A DNA stretch of 64,000 nucleotides from Malacoraja senta (GCA_038087875.1 CM075994.1:1986001-2050000); one strand, 5' to 3'. Counted from the first letter of the stretch, positions 1 through 13,830 are shown. The notes: generated from the letters alone by a model not told the origin. A program made the numbers and translations.

Positions 1-469
1 AGGATGTTTCCACTACTGGGAGAGACTAGGATCCAGCAGAAAGAGCGCCACTTAGAAAGAGATGAGGAGGATTTTTGTAGTCAGAGGGTGGTGAATCTGT
101 GGAATTCTTGACCACAGACAGCTGTTGAGACCAAGTCAATGGATATTTTTAAGGCAGAGATTGACAGATTCTAGATTAGGAGCAGGCCCATTATCCTTTA
201 TCCATCGTTACTTTTTTTACATATTTGTTCTATACCTCTCAACATCACTGTCTATATCTCTCATTTCCCTTTCCCTGACTCTCAGTCTGAAGAAGGGTCT
301 CAGCCTTTTTCTCCAAAGACGTTGTCTGACCCACTGAGTTACTCCAGCTTTCTGTCTCTATCTTCGGTCTAAACCAGCATCTGCAGTTCCTTCCACACCG
401 AGATAGAGGTGGTTACAAGTAGACAGTTCCCTGACAGTACTAACATAGGTGTACAAGCTGGTGAAGAAG

Positions 470-915
470 GCATATGGCACACATTGCCTTCATCAGACAA
501 GCTTTTAAGTACAAGAGTTGGGACGTCCTGATGGAGTTGTACAAAACTTCGGGAAGACCACACCTGGAGTATTGTGCAGAGTTCTGGTCGCCAGTCTGTA
601 TGGAGGATGTGATTAACTTAGCGAAGGTGCAGAAAAGATTCACAAGGACGTTGCTGGGACTGAAAGCTATAAGTGCAGACTTCAGAGGCTGGGCGCAGTT
701 TTCCCTGAAATGAAGGAGGCTGAGGGGTGATGTTATAGAGGTTTATAAAATCATGAGTGGTATAGATAGTGGAATGAAGCCACTGCTAATACTAAGACAT
801 TTGGATGGTTCATGGATAGAAAAAGTTTAGGGGGATATGGCTAAACACGGGCATATGGGACCAGTGTAGATGGGGTGTCTTGGTTGGCAGGTTAGTTAGT
901 CACCAGGGCCTGTTT
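470..915 (+). mobile_element. Older CR1 3' fragment
   Basis: ORF 474..713 RPHLEYCAEFWSP...KVQKRFTR. Confidence 0.75.
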
Positions 916-1743
916 TTTTTAAGTTTAGTTTAGTTTATTGTCATGTGTACTGAGGTACAATGAAAAGCTTTAATGCCGTGCTAACCAGTCAGCAGAAAAT
1001 ACTCTATATCTGTATGAATCTACAGATATATGACACTGTATGACCACTTTATAATAGTTATTTGACAAAGTGAAATAGTGGCTTGAAGTGATTTTGGCCA
1101 TGGCCTTATTCTGTACCTTAGTAAGTTCTCAAGCAACCCAAACAAAATCAGGAATTCAGCATGGATTAATCATTGCTGACCTACATTCTTGCTCTATGGT
1201 AATGCATTAACTTAACGTAACGTCCTGCTGCTTGCATTGTTGAGAGAACGCAATGCTGCTTGGTTCAATTGACTCCATACCAGTTGGGAATTCATCAAGG
1301 GCCTACACCACGCAAGCAATGCTCCCATTTCACTCTTGCCAAAGGGAAGAAGTTATAGGAGTCTGAAAACTGCTGCAATTCAGCACGAGACCCAGGTTCA
1401 ATCCTGACTACGGGGTGCTGTCTGTAAGGAGTTTGTTCATTCTTCTTGTGTCCACGTACATTTTCTCCAGGTGCTCAAGTTTCCTTCCACATCCCAATGA
1501 CGTAAATTGTCCCAAGGATGTAAGATAGAACTAATGTATGTGATCATTAGTCAGCGTGGATTGGGTGGCCAAAGCACCCATTTCCACCCTGTACTTTTAA
1601 ACTAAACTAAACTACTGAACATGACAAACTCTGAAAAATGAACTGCCTGGGTTGCACCAAGGACTTTGTTTTGTTTTTGTACTATATTGGCTTTTTATGT
1701 ATTGTACTTTATTTGTTTGGTTATTATATTATTTATTGAGTAA

Positions 1744-2044
1744 GGGCGGCACAGTGGCACAGCGGTAGAGTTGCTGCCTCACAGCGCCAGAGACCCGGGT
1801 TTAATCCTACTGCAGGTGCTGTCTGTACAGAGTTTGTACGTTCACCCTGTGACCATGTAAGTTTTCTCCAGGTGCTCCGGTTTCCTTCCACATTCCAAAG
1901 ACGTACAGGTTTGTAGATGGATTGGCTTTGGGAAAAAATTGTAAATTGTCCCTAGTGTTAGTGTACGGGGTGATCGCTGGTCAGCATGGACTTGGTGGGT
2001 CAAAGGCCCTGTTTCTGCGCTGTATCTCTAAAGTCTAAAGTCTA
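1744..2044 (+). mobile_element. tRNA-derived V-SINE (HE1-like)
   Basis: A box tggcacagcgg, degenerate B box ggtttaatcc, V-domain gagtttgtacgttc...ctccggtttccttccacattccaaagac, (CTAAAGT)n tail. Confidence 0.8.
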
Positions 2045-2217
2045 TTGTGTTTGCAAACCTGTTGTTCTGCTGCAAGTAAGAATTTTATTGTTCCGTTTCA
2101 GGACATATGACAATAAAACACTGTTGACTCTTGAGGTTGCTAATTGCATTGTGAAAGCTTTGTTCAACAGAGGTTGCCTCCTACAGTGTCTTTATATAGC
2201 TGTTTCTGTCACTCCAG

Positions 2218-2338
2218 GGCCAGCAATCTTAGAAGATGTACTTATAGAAGTTTTCAAGACATTGCATTCACAGTGCAAAGCTGAACTGAATCTGAAAACA
2301 CAACCTTCCTACAGCAAAGACCAGACTCAGTTAAGCAG
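2218..2338 (+). CDS. DOP1A: DOP1A internal exon (GPAILEDVLIEVFKTLHSQCKAEL...TQLSS)
   Basis: ctccAG acceptor at 2216-17 and GT donor at 2339; peptide matches recalled vertebrate DOP1A GPVILEDVLIEVFRTLYSQCKAEL; phase 1 to 2. Confidence 0.93.
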
Positions 2339-2386
2339 GTATAATAACTTAATTGTGTTTCTTACAAACTTATCAGTTAATTATTT

Positions 2387-5300
2387 TTTTTTTTTTTTTT
2401 TTTTAATTTTTATTTATTAGAAGTACATTACATCACAGCCACATACATTAATACTCGTCATTTATATCTTCTTACAATTAATGTACTCCCTTTATTTTTT
2501 TTTTACGCTAAAGAAAGAAAAGATTGAAAGAGAGAAGAAAGTGAAGGAAAAAGTGCAAGTGTAGAAAAGTGTAGAAAATGTAACAACAAACAAAAAAAAA
2601 AAAAAAGGACGAGGACCCTATGAAAGCGAAATTAAAGACAAAAAAAAAAAAGGAGTTAAGAAATAGGCCCTAAGAAAAGAAAAGAGAGAGAGAAAAAAAG
2701 AAAAACAAATGTTTTTTTTTTTTGAGCATCACGTAAATAGGACATACCAACTCTTCAACTATCATCCCCCCTTACCCGACCTCAATTTTTTATTTTTTTA
2801 AAGTACTTTTGCACCCTATGTTTGTAATAATTCTATAAATGCAGACCACGTCAGGTGGAAGTGATCTGGTTTACCTGCTAGGAGGAGTCTTATCTCTTCA
2901 AGGTGTAGTGTTTCAAACATATTTGAAATCCACATATTTATAGTTGGTATTGGAGCCTTCTTCCAAAATTTTAGAATTAGCTTTTTTCCAGTTATTAACC
3001 CATAATCCATTAATTTCTTTTGAAACACATTTAGTTCTGGATCATCTTCCGTTATTCCGAAGATAATCCATTCTGCTTTGGGTATCAGTCTTGTTTTAAA
3101 TAACTTTGTAAAGATTTCAAAAATTTCATTCCAAAATTTTTGAATTTTTGTACAGAAGACAAATGAGTGCGCTATAGTTGCTTCTTGGGATTGACATTTA
3201 TCACAAATAGATGATACGTTTGGGAAAATTTTATGAATTTTAGTTTTCGAATAATATAATCTATGTAAAATTTTAAATTGTATTAAAGTGTGTCTTACAT
3301 TAATCGAGCATTTATGTACTTTTAATAAGTATTCATTCCAACTTTCCTTTGAAATTTTAATGGCTAACTCTTGTTCCCAGTCTCTTCTGATACCCTCCGT
3401 AGATGGTATTTGTACATTTAAGATAATATTGTACAAATATGATATTAAGTTTGCTGATTCCGCTTTTGTCTGCATTGCCTCGTCCAGTACATCTGCTGGG
3501 TTATTATGATGATCTTTTATATATTTTTTCAAATAGTCGCATATTTGAAAGTATTTAAAATATTGATTATTTCCGAGTTTATATTTTATTTGTAATTGTT
3601 GAAATGAAAGTAATTTTCCAGTTTCATACAAGTCACCAAGCGTTTTAATTCCTAGTCTATCCCATTGTGTATAAGCTTTATCTATAATAGAAGGACTAAA
3701 CGAAGGGTTATTGACTATAGGTAATAAAAGTGATAAGTTTCTTAATTTTAAATTTTGTTTTATTTGTTTCCAAATACGGATTGTACTATGAATAATTGGG
3801 TTCTTATTATAGTTTATGTTATTCAATTTCATTGGAGAGAGGAGGATCGCTCCAATGTTTCTAGAGGAGCAATCCTCTTTCTCCATTACAATCCAGTCTA
3901 CTTGCTGGGCGGAGTTATCCATCAGTTGAATCATGTTTTTAATATTTACTGACCAATAATAATACATAAAATTGGGTAGTGCTAGACCCCCCAATACTTT
4001 AGATTTATTCAGATGGGTTTTTTGTATTCTATGTGATTTATAGTCCCATATAAAATTAGTGATATCTGAGTCGAGTTTTTTAAAAAACTTCTTAGGTAAG
4101 TATATAGGAATTGATTGAAATAGGTATAAAATTTGTGGTAAAAAGATCATTTTTATTGCGTTTATTCGGCCTATTAAAGACATCGGAAGCGTTTTCCAGA
4201 ATTTAATTAATGTATTCAGTTTATTAAGTAGGGGGTCAAAATTTGCCCTGAGCATACCTTGATATGCTCTGGTAATTTCGATTCCCAAATATTTAAATTT
4301 TTCTGTAGCTATTTTAAAAGGGAATTTTAAAAGATGTGTTGAATCTTTCGGTTTTATTGACATAATTTCACTTTTATTCCAATTTATTCTATATCCAGAA
4401 AAAGATCCGAAGTCTTCAATTAAATTTAATATATTTGGTATAGTGATTTGAGGTTTTGTGATATACAATAATATATCATCCGCGTATAAAGATATTTTAT
4501 TATATGAGTCTTTAGTATTATATCCATGAATATCAGGGTGTATTCTAATTTTTTCTGCTAGCGGTTCAATAATAAGAGCAAACAGCTGTGGTGATAATGA
4601 GCATCCTTGTCTATTTCCCCTTGATAGTTGAAATTTCGAGGATAATATGTTATTAGTAAGTATTCTAGCTGTAGGTTTGTTATATAGTAACTTAATCCAT
4701 AAAATAAAATTCTCTCCCAGTTGAAATTTTTGTAATACTTTATCCATATAATTCCATTCTACTTGATCAAATGCTTTTTCAGCATCCAGCGAAATAATTG
4801 ATAATTCTTGATCTTCAGATTTGTGTGAGTGCATTATGTTGAGTAGACGTCTCATATTATTAGAAGAGTATCTCTTAGGGATAAACCCTGTCTGATCTGG
4901 GTTTATTAATTTACTAATGTATTTACTTAATCTTCTGGCTAATGTTTTCGCTAATATTTTTTGATCTGTGTTTAACAATGCTATAGCTCTATATGAGCCA
5001 GGATCTTCTAAATCCTTATTTTTCTTAGGTATTAATGTAATCGTTGATTCCGCTAATGTATCAGGTAGTATTCGTTTTTTAAAAGCGTATTGGTACATTT
5101 TTTGTAATCTTGGTATTATTTTTTCATAAAAGTTTTTATAAAATTCATTAGTAAATCCATCAGGGCCTGGTGTTTTTCCATTTTTTAGTGAGTTTATTGT
5201 ATCTTCTAATTCCTTAATTGAGATTTGTGCACCCAGTTCCTCTTGTTCCTTCAGCTCTAACTTTGGAAGATTACAGGTATCCAAGAACTTTGTGATATTA

Positions 5301-5570
5301 TTGGAATCAATTATCGTTTTAGATGTATACAAATTCTCGTAAAATTGCGCAAATCTTTTATTAATATCCTTCGGTGTTGTTAATAATTCCCCTTTATCTG
5401 ATTTGATCTTTGGTATAGTATGTTCCTTTTCTCGTTTTTTTAGCTGGCGAGCCAAAAGTTTATGCGGTTTATCCCCAAATTCAAAGTGCTCTTGTTTTGT
5501 AATTTGAAAAAGTCTTATAAGTTTGGCAGATAATAATTTATTTAATTTAAATTTTAAAATTATTATTTTA
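2387..5570 (-). mobile_element. 5'-truncated L1-clade LINE (ORF2 RT + C-terminal CCHC, 3'UTR, poly-A)
   Basis: ORF 2816..5455 has SLDAEKAFD, GNRQGCSLSP, SLYADDILL and CDKC-x8-H-x4-C; T run at 2384-2404; TSD AGTTAATTATTT at 2375-2386 and 5571-5582; no endonuclease domain. Confidence 0.95.
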
Positions 5571-7865
5571 AGTTAATTATTTCTGTCAGAACTGATTATT
5601 TCTTGGAATTGAACAGCAAAAAGCTGTTGATGCAGTAAATGGGGCAGAGAAATGGAGAGAGAATGGAGTCAATGTTTAAGGCCTGTGATTCATTGCAACA
5701 GGCTGACAAGGGGTCTTTGACTTGAAATATTGGCTTAGTTCCTCTCTGCCTGTTGTGCTGAGTGTTTCCCTCATTTTTTGTTTCACCTGGGGATGTTTAA
5801 CCTTTGATGGTTTAGGTTTATTATTGTCACATTAACTGAGGTACAGTGAAAAGCTTGTGTAAAGAGGTTTCCTGCTCTGTGATCAAGGCTCTGTAGGAAC
5901 CTAGAACACAGATCATAGAACAGTACAGCACAGGACTAAGTCCTTCGGCCCACAATGTCTGTGCCAAACATGATGCCAACACTTATCTGCCTGCACGTGA
6001 TCCAAATCCTTACATCCCCTGAATATCCATGTACCCATCCAAAAATCTCTTAACCACCACTATCGTATCTGCCTCCACCACCACATCCAGCAGCACGTTC
6101 CACGCACCCACCACTCTCTGTGTGTAAAAAAAAAAAAACTTGCCCAGTGCAACTCCTCTAAACTTTACTCGCCTTAAAGCTCTGCCCTTTAGTATTTGAT
6201 GTTTCCATCCTGTGGAAAAGATTCTGACAGTACTCTTTCTGTGCCTCATAATTTTATGTACCTCTACCGGGTCTCCCAGCATCCTCCGGGGCTCCAGAGA
6301 AAGATCTGTCCAACCTCCCCCAATAGGCAATGCTACATAATCCTGGCGTCATTCTGGTAAACCCGTTCCAAAGTTTCCTCATCCTCATATTGGGGCGACA
6401 AGAACTGCACATAGTTAAAAAGAAGCTTAAAAAGTTTAAATCTGAAACATCACCTCACCTAGAGCCAATGTAGGTCAGAAAGTAAAGAGGTGTGAGTTTG
6501 AATGTGGGCAACAGCATATGTTCCAACTCCTACAGTGTATTAGTGCATGCTCTTCCCTTAACTCCAGTGCCTGAGATTAAATTCAGTACAACCTTTCATT
6601 TTGTACGGCAGATTACTTGCTGCTTGACTAAACACGTATTTTAAATTATATTAATAAATGGTTACACACAAAATGCAGTAGTAACTCAGTGGATCAGGCA
6701 GCATCTCTGGAGAAATGAAATGGGTCACGTTTTGGATTGGAACCCTTCTTCAGGCGGTATGCCTACTTTGAAGATGTTGTCCTCTTCTCTGCTCCACATT
6801 AATAAACGGTTAATTAGTGTGAAATATTACTTACAGATGGAGGGAGTATTTTAGGTTTATTATTGTCACATGTACTGATGTACAGTGAAAAGATTTGTTT
6901 TGCGTGCTGTCTAATCAAATCAGATAATACAGTTCATAAATACAATTAAGCCAAACTCATGCAATAAGTCGAGTAAATGGAAAGTGCAGAAGACAGAGTG
7001 CAGAATATAGTTCTCAGCATTGTAGCATCATAGTTCCAGGGACAAAATCCAGTGTCCGCAATGGAGTAGAAGTGAATCGACAGTACCCTAGCTCATGGAA
7101 GTTCAGAAGCCTATAAACAGAGAGGGAGAAGGTGTTCTTGGATCTGATGGGGTACACTTTCAAGCTACTGTACCTTCTGCCGTTTGGGAGCGGGGAGAAG
7201 GAGGAATGGCCAGGGTGAGAAAAGTCTTTGACAATAGACAATAAGTGCAGGAGTAGGCCATTCGGCCCTTTGAGCCAGCACCTCCATTCACTGTGATCAT
7301 GGCTGATCATCCACACTCAGTACCCCGTTCCTACCCTCTCACCATATCCCCTGACTCCGCTATCTTTAAGAGCTCTGTCTAACTCTTGAAAGCATCCAGA
7401 GAATTGTCCTCCACTGCCTTCTGAGGCAGAGAATTCCACAGAATCATAACTCTCTGGATGAAAAAGTGTTTCCTCATATCCTTTCTAAATGGCTTACCCC
7501 TTATTCTTAAACTGTGGCCTCTGGTTCTGGACTCCCCCAACATCGGGAACATGTTTCCTGCCTCTAGCGTGTCCAATCCCTTAATAATCTTATATGTTTC
7601 ATCCTTCTAAATTCCAGAGTATACAAGCCCAGCCGCTCCATTCTATCAACATATTCCCGGCATCCTGGGAATTTGACTATGTTGGCTGCTTTCCAGAGAC
7701 AACGTGATGTGTAGATGGAGTCAGTGTTGGGGAAACCTGACCATATATTGGAAATATAATCACTAATTATGTTAAAAATATTAAATCATTTGCATTTTTA
7801 TATTTCAATATTACCATTGCTTTCCAACCTCAGCAGAGCACTGATTATATTTTTCTTTGTTTCAG

Positions 7866-7985
7866 TAAAATGAGAGAGAACAAGAAAACTTCTGAGCTTA
7901 TTAAAACAGCAAATCTTTTGTTTAATTCATTTGAACCATATTATATGTGGGACTATATAGCTCGTTGGTTTGAAGAATGTTGTAG
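7866..7985 (+). CDS. DOP1A: DOP1A exon (KMRENKKTSELIKTANLLFNSFEPYYMWDYIARWFEECC)
   Basis: tttcAG / GTaagt; phase 2-2, continuous with previous exon; near-identical to recalled DOP1A. Confidence 0.95.
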
Positions 7986-8438
7986 GTAAGTCATATGTTT
8001 TTATTGACGATAGTATAGTCATCATTAAATAACTATTGCAGTTTTTCCAGAGCCGTACTGTCTATTTCAGGGTTTCAGAACAACTTTAGTGGAATGTTTG
8101 CTAGATTTTGGTCTAGCCTGTCCTAAATGATTACTTAAATAAAATCAAAGGGCATGACGAATGTAGATTTTTTAATTAAAATGCTTGCCGGCACTTTTCG
8201 TCCACAAAAAAGGAAACTGTCAATAATAGGCAAAATGAGCATTGAGAATTGGGATGCAGAATATAATTTGGAGATTGAATTTAGAATTGACCCAGCATAG
8301 AACAATCTTGCTCATGTGAAAAAAGCACGGAAATGAAAGAATCTTTCTATTAGTATCCACTTTAATTGCGTATTTATGCCAGGATACATTAGGAAGATCA
8401 AGTCTGCATTAATATTGACAAATAATACTAAGCTTGTA

Positions 8439-8742
8439 GGGGTGGCACAACAGTAGAGTATCTGCCTTACAGCACCAGAGACCAGGGTTCAATCCTGACT
8501 ACAGGTGCAGTCTAAGCGGAGTTTGTATGTTCTCCATGTGACCGCATGGTTTTCGTCCAGGTGTTCTGGTTTCCGCCCACACACCAAAGACCTACAGGTA
8601 TGTAGGTTAATTGGCTTTGGTAAAAATTTGTAAATTGTCCCCAGTGTGTAGGGTAGTGCTAGCGTACGGGGTAATTGCTGGTCGGCGTGGACGCGGTGTA
8701 CCGAAGGGTCTATTTCTGTGCTGTATCTCTAAAGTCTAAAGT
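8439..8742 (+). mobile_element. V-SINE inserted 19 nt upstream of a DOP1A exon
   Basis: Same SINE structure; CTTGTA duplicated at 8433-8438 and 8743-8748. Confidence 0.8.
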
Positions 8743-8761
8743 CTTGTACTTCTCTCGCTAG

Positions 8762-8873
8762 GAGAACACTGAATGCAAGATTGCAGGCTTCGTCTCGTGG
8801 CAAGGAAATGTCAGAGTACTCTCTGGGTGAATTCTGTCTCTTGGTGGACTTCCTCTTGGACATAGTATCATTG
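8762..8873 (+). CDS. DOP1A: DOP1A exon (RTLNARLQ...FCLLVDFLLDIVSL)
   Basis: cgctAG / GTaagg; phase 2 to 0; conserved FCLLVDFLLDIVSL. Confidence 0.93.
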
Positions 8874-11569
8874 GTAAGGATCTCACCGAATCAAGTTCTG
8901 TCATTATAAGCAGCAGAATTAAAAACTACTGGAGATTACAAACACAAATGTACAGTTCAGGTCAATGTCTTGACGTAGTGGCTACTGATTAGCATTTGCT
9001 TTGTGTATTCTACCTTTAAGCTAGCATTAACAATTTAATAACTGTTCAAGTTACATTTTATTCAACACGATAGGAGAGGGATATGGACTAAATGTGGGCA
9101 AATGGAACTAGGTAATGGAACATCTTGGTCGGCATGGATGAGTTGGGCTGAAGGGCCTGTTTCCATGCTGTATGACTATAAGACAATTTTTTTTTAGATG
9201 TTGGATTTTGGCAGGAGTATAGGGTTGAGAGAGAGAAATAGATGAGCCATGATGAAATAGTGGAGCAGACTTGATGGGCCAAATGGACTAATTTTGCTCC
9301 TATGCCTTAAGGTCTTAGTTTCTTCGATAAGTAAATTGGCCTGGGATTTCAATAGCAACACCCTGCTATTGTTGATGTTTGCAACTTGTGCAGTGCCCTG
9401 ACCCTTTAACCGAATGCCCATGGTATACACCTGCTAGGCTTTATGCTGAGAACTATAGGAACCTGCAACACGTCAGTAGGTAATACCAGAAAAAAGACAC
9501 GGAGTGCTGGAGTAACTCAGCATCGTTATGTAACATCTCTGGAGAACTCTGGATGACTGTCTGATGAAGGGTCCCGACATAAAACGTCACCTGTCTACGT
9601 TCTCCAGAGATGCTGCCAGACCCGCTGACCTTGTTTGTAAACCAGCATCTGCAGTTCCTTATGTCTACATTCTCTTTTGACGTACCTTATTGAGTTATTC
9701 ATATAAAAACGTGCTGTACTTGGCACGTGGCAAAATATAGTGTTTTTATGGGAAAGAACAGCAAAGTGGAAGTTAAGTCAAGCTGCATGTAGTCTTACTC
9801 CATTTACACAGCATGAAGAGAGCCCTTGAATTAGATTGCTTTTGATTTTGAAGTGCTGTCAACAAATCGCATGTTATGCAAAATACAAAGTGCTGGAGCA
9901 ACTTGGCAGCTCTGGCAGAAATGGAAAGATGCTATTTCGGGTTTGGACCCTTCTTCAGGTTGATTGTAATAGAGGGAGAAAGCTGGAAGAGAGAGGTGGG
10001 AGGCGGGATAAAACCTGGCAAATGATAGATGGCTACAGGTATAGGGGAGGTTTGCTTGGGCTGATTGGTGGAGGAAGTGACAAAAGGGTGTAAGGCAAGG
10101 AGGAGGGGTGAAATGTAAAGCCAGAGGGAGGGGTATAGGTGGAAGGAAACAGAGGGGGTGGGGGGCATGAGAGAGGGGGGGGATAAAAGGGAAATGGGAA
10201 AATTCCGGAATGGGAGATGAGTGTATGAAGGAGGGAACAGGAGCAGGATGGGGGGATGGGCGATAATGGGAGAAATAGGCATGCACAAGGGTGGGGAAGG
10301 CACAGAAAAGAGAGAAGAAGGGTATTATAGGTCCACCACCAATTAATCCAGACAAAATCCACGCCCTCCCCTCCCCCCAGGAAGACCCAACAAAAATGTG
10401 GCACCTGGGCTGGCTGAGGCATGCAATCACGACCTCATTGGGTCTTCTGCACCGATCGGCAGGTCGAATTTTCTGGCGACCGGGGCTCTGGAATTCCAGC
10501 CCAGTGGGGCTGGTGGATCCGTTCCCATAGCCGGCATCCGCTGTTGACGTTTCGGGCCGGTATCTCGGTCCCCCAAGGCGACCGCTGTTGGTCCAGCAAA
10601 ACGGACAATCCAGAACCTTTCAAGGGTGCCAGACCTGTACTTGAAATTGGAGTATTTAGTGTTCCTAACTTAGTGGGCATGTTGTGTTGTGCCTCAGAAT
10701 GGCACACAGCAGTGGTCGTTTGTACATTGCAATCTGTATTGAAGGCTATACTAATTTTTGCAGGCTATACTAATTTTTTTATATTTGTCTGAAAATAAAT
10801 GATTTTTGAATATGTCAAAGCTTCTTTGGAGATCTCCAATAAACCTTTATTAGTATGTCGTAAAGGTATCAAATTTTATAATCAAAATACTTTTTATTCC
10901 ATGGAATTTCTTTTCTTCCCAAACCCATATTGCCCATTTCTATCTCCTTTCCAAAAATAAAGATTTCTCTGGCAAGGAGTCATTGTCTCCTCGTGACAAC
11001 CCCTTCACAAACCAAACATAATAAACAAACCAAAAAAAGTTCAATAAATAAAAAAACAATATAGTGCAAAAACAAAACAAAACAAAGCCCATGTTCCCAA
11101 GGCAGTTTGGAGTTTAGTTGAAGTTTGTAGTGTTCAATAGCTTGATGGTCATTGGGAAGAAGCTCATTCTTGAGCCTGGACATTACAGGTTACAGTCATT
11201 CTTGAAAGAGCAGCAATTCTTCCTCTGTCAATCCAGATGTCACACATGACATAAATGAAGCCACTTTGCACAGACTATGTGTTACAATTAATGTTTTCCC
11301 TTGTATCTGCTAGGGTGTCCATAGGTAGCACTTCATATAACTACATTAAACAGTAATGCCTTTTCCATACCATTAACCTCTTCTCAAGGGTCAGGCGTAA
11401 TTGAAATAAAATGGAGGCTTGGATTTTACTAACTGACTACAATAAATTCTGAGCCCACACATGTGGATTTGTCAGGAGTTTCTGAGTGCACTTGTCAGAT
11501 TAATTTGCACCAGTTAATATAAGTCTGTGCTTCTTTCATGAGCTATGTAATGGATATTGTAGTAAGGAA

Positions 11570-12110
11570 TAGGCCGTAAGGTGAGGCTACATTTAGAGTA
11601 TTGTGTTCAGTTGTGGGCACCATGTCATAGGAAGGATGTTGTCAAGCTGGAAAGGGTGCAGAGAAGATTTATGAGGATGTTGCCAGGACTCGAGGGCCTG
11701 AGCTGTAGGGGAGGTTAAGCAGGCTGGGACTCTATTCCATGGAGCTCAGGAGGATGAGGGGTGATCTTATAGAGGTGTACAAAATCATGAGAGGAATAGA
11801 TCAGGTAAACACCCAGAGTCTCGGAGTAGGGGAATCAAGAACCAGAGGACATAGGTTTAAGGTGAGGCAGGAAAGATTTAATAGAAACCTGAGGGATAAC
11901 TTTTTCACACATATGGTGGTGGGTGTATGGAATGAGTTGCCGGGGGAGGTAGATGAGACAGGTACTATCACAACTTTTAAGAAACACTTAGACATGTGGA
12001 TAGGATAGGTTTAGAGCGATATGGGCCAAACAGGAGCAGGTGGGACTAGTGTCGATGTGACATGTTGGTCAGTGTGGGCAAGTTGGGCTGTTTCCACGCT
12101 GTATGACTAT
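11570..12110 (+). mobile_element. Older CR1 3' fragment
   Basis: ORF 11739..12008 RRMRGDLIEVYKIMRG...TRGHRFKV; tail ending tttccacgctgtatgact. Confidence 0.8.
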
Positions 12111-13164
12111 GAATAGTTTGACTGGCAGATTGATACTTGATTGATCCGCAGACCTGTGAGTCCTTTGTTGCGGCATTACATTGCATGTTTAGTTCCAGGG
12201 AGGCAACCTACAAACCTCATTTCAAACTTCGAGCATTGACTTTTTATCGGCAGCCTAATTTAGCAAGAAACGGCAATGCTTTCAACTCCAGTGAGTATCT
12301 CACAGTCTGCAGTCCCTGAGCATTTTACATCCATTGGAGTGTACTCCCAATTGTAATATCGGAAATGCACCAGCCAGCTCCCACAAATGGCACGGTAATG
12401 GGTCAAAAACAGTGTTATATTCATTAGCTGCTCAATAACCACTAAATGCTTTACACATGGAAGCTCGGAGCCTGTACTCCTATTGATGCTGTCCCTGCAA
12501 ACCAACAACATTGAGTATTTTAGATACATTTACACAGCAATGTGATTTTGTAATTTTACCATTGCGATTCAAGAGTCAGATCTAGTTTTTAAAACCCAAT
12601 GGCAAATACAGTAATTGACATGATTGCATTTATGGAGAAAAATGTTTGTTTACCTTTCAAAGATAAGTATACTAATTTTCTTTCCCCCCCTAATATGTAT
12701 AGTTCAACCATTGCATTCTAAGTTCGCAAGCCAACTTGGGACTTCTGTTTTGTATTATTAAACCCAAGTTCCACCAAGTTATCAGACGAAGGGTCCTGAC
12801 TTGAATCGCCATCTCTCTATGTTCTCCAAAGATGCTGCCTGACCCGACGAGTTACTCCAGCACCTTGTGTCTTTCAATCATGTTAATCCCCATTCCAGTC
12901 ATCTTTTGAAAATACAAGGCTGTTCTCTTACAAATATCTGCACAGTGGAATTGTCATGACTGATATGGCTACTGTGTTCTCTCTATCTGCTCTTGTGAAG
13001 GCACCATCTGCCTGCTGGGATTCCACACAGACCATTGCCCTGTTCTATCAGGGACAATTTCTAATTTCTCAGTCAGCCCTCTTAAATGACCAATGATCAA
13101 AATTGTTGGAGGATTCTGTCTCTTCCTAATTGGGAGTTGTGGCGGATATAAGAAACCGGGAAAA

Positions 13165-13452
13165 CACCGGTGCAGTTGCTTCCTTACAGTGCCAGAGACC
13201 TGGGTTCCATACTGACTCCGGGTGCTGTCTGTATGGAGTTTGTACCATCTTCCCGTGACCAGCGTGGGTTTTCTTTGGGTGCTCTGGTTTCCTCCCACAC
13301 TCCAAAGATGTACAGGTTTGGAGGCTAATTGGTAAATTTGTAATTTGTCCCTAGTGTTAGTGTAGGATGTTGTTAGTGTGTGGTGATCGCTGATCGGAGT
13401 GGACTCGGTGGACCGAAGTGCCTGATTCCGCGCTGTATTTCTAAACTAAACT
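13165..13452 (+). mobile_element. V-SINE
   Basis: V-domain and ctaaactaaa tail. Confidence 0.75.
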
Positions 13453-13800
13453 ATATCAAGCTTGAGTGTGATTTTATGAATTACATTTGTTAAGTCTTCT
13501 GTTTTTAAGGATCTCTCTTATAGGATATGTTGCTCATATTTTAATCATCTTGTTCTCATCTTCATTTGCAATGAATAAGTACTGAATTATCTATTTAAAA
13601 TTGAACGTAGTTATATGTAGGCATTCGATTCAATTCAACTGAAAACAGGGCAAACTATTGAGACTGAGAGGGAGAGAGGAAAAGAGAAAATGTATGAACC
13701 GCAAGTGTTCGTCAAGAATGCTGCAGTAATTTCTTGGTGTCATCGTTAGTGTGACGATTATGCTTTTTTTATAATTGTCTGCTTTCTTTTTTTTTTAAAG

Positions 13801-13830
13801 CCTACTCGAAGTATGAGAGTACTGTGTCAG
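13801..13830 (+). CDS. DOP1A: DOP1A 30-nt microexon (PTRSMRVLCQ)
   Basis: Long T tract + aaAG acceptor, CAG|GTATGG donor, symmetric phase 0; peptide matches the segment recalled between DIVSL and ETYIEIQ in human DOP1A. Confidence 0.9.

Noticed and set aside
1744..1815. tRNA genes suggested by A/B boxes
   Set aside because: No full cloverleaf; they are heads of V-SINEs followed by the V-domain and LINE-like tail
2816..5455. 879-aa ORF as a host gene or novel RT system
   Set aside because: L1 ORF2 motifs, poly-A tail and TSD identify it as a truncated retrotransposon; the listed start is an internal TTG
9831..10430. Overlapping proline-rich ORFs
   Set aside because: Low-complexity Penelope UTR with few stop codons; no splice or homology support
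12115..12700. Non-repetitive intronic stretch as a conserved enhancer or extra exon
   Set aside because: No convincing splice pair, homology or structure is visible; it cannot be supported without cross-species alignment
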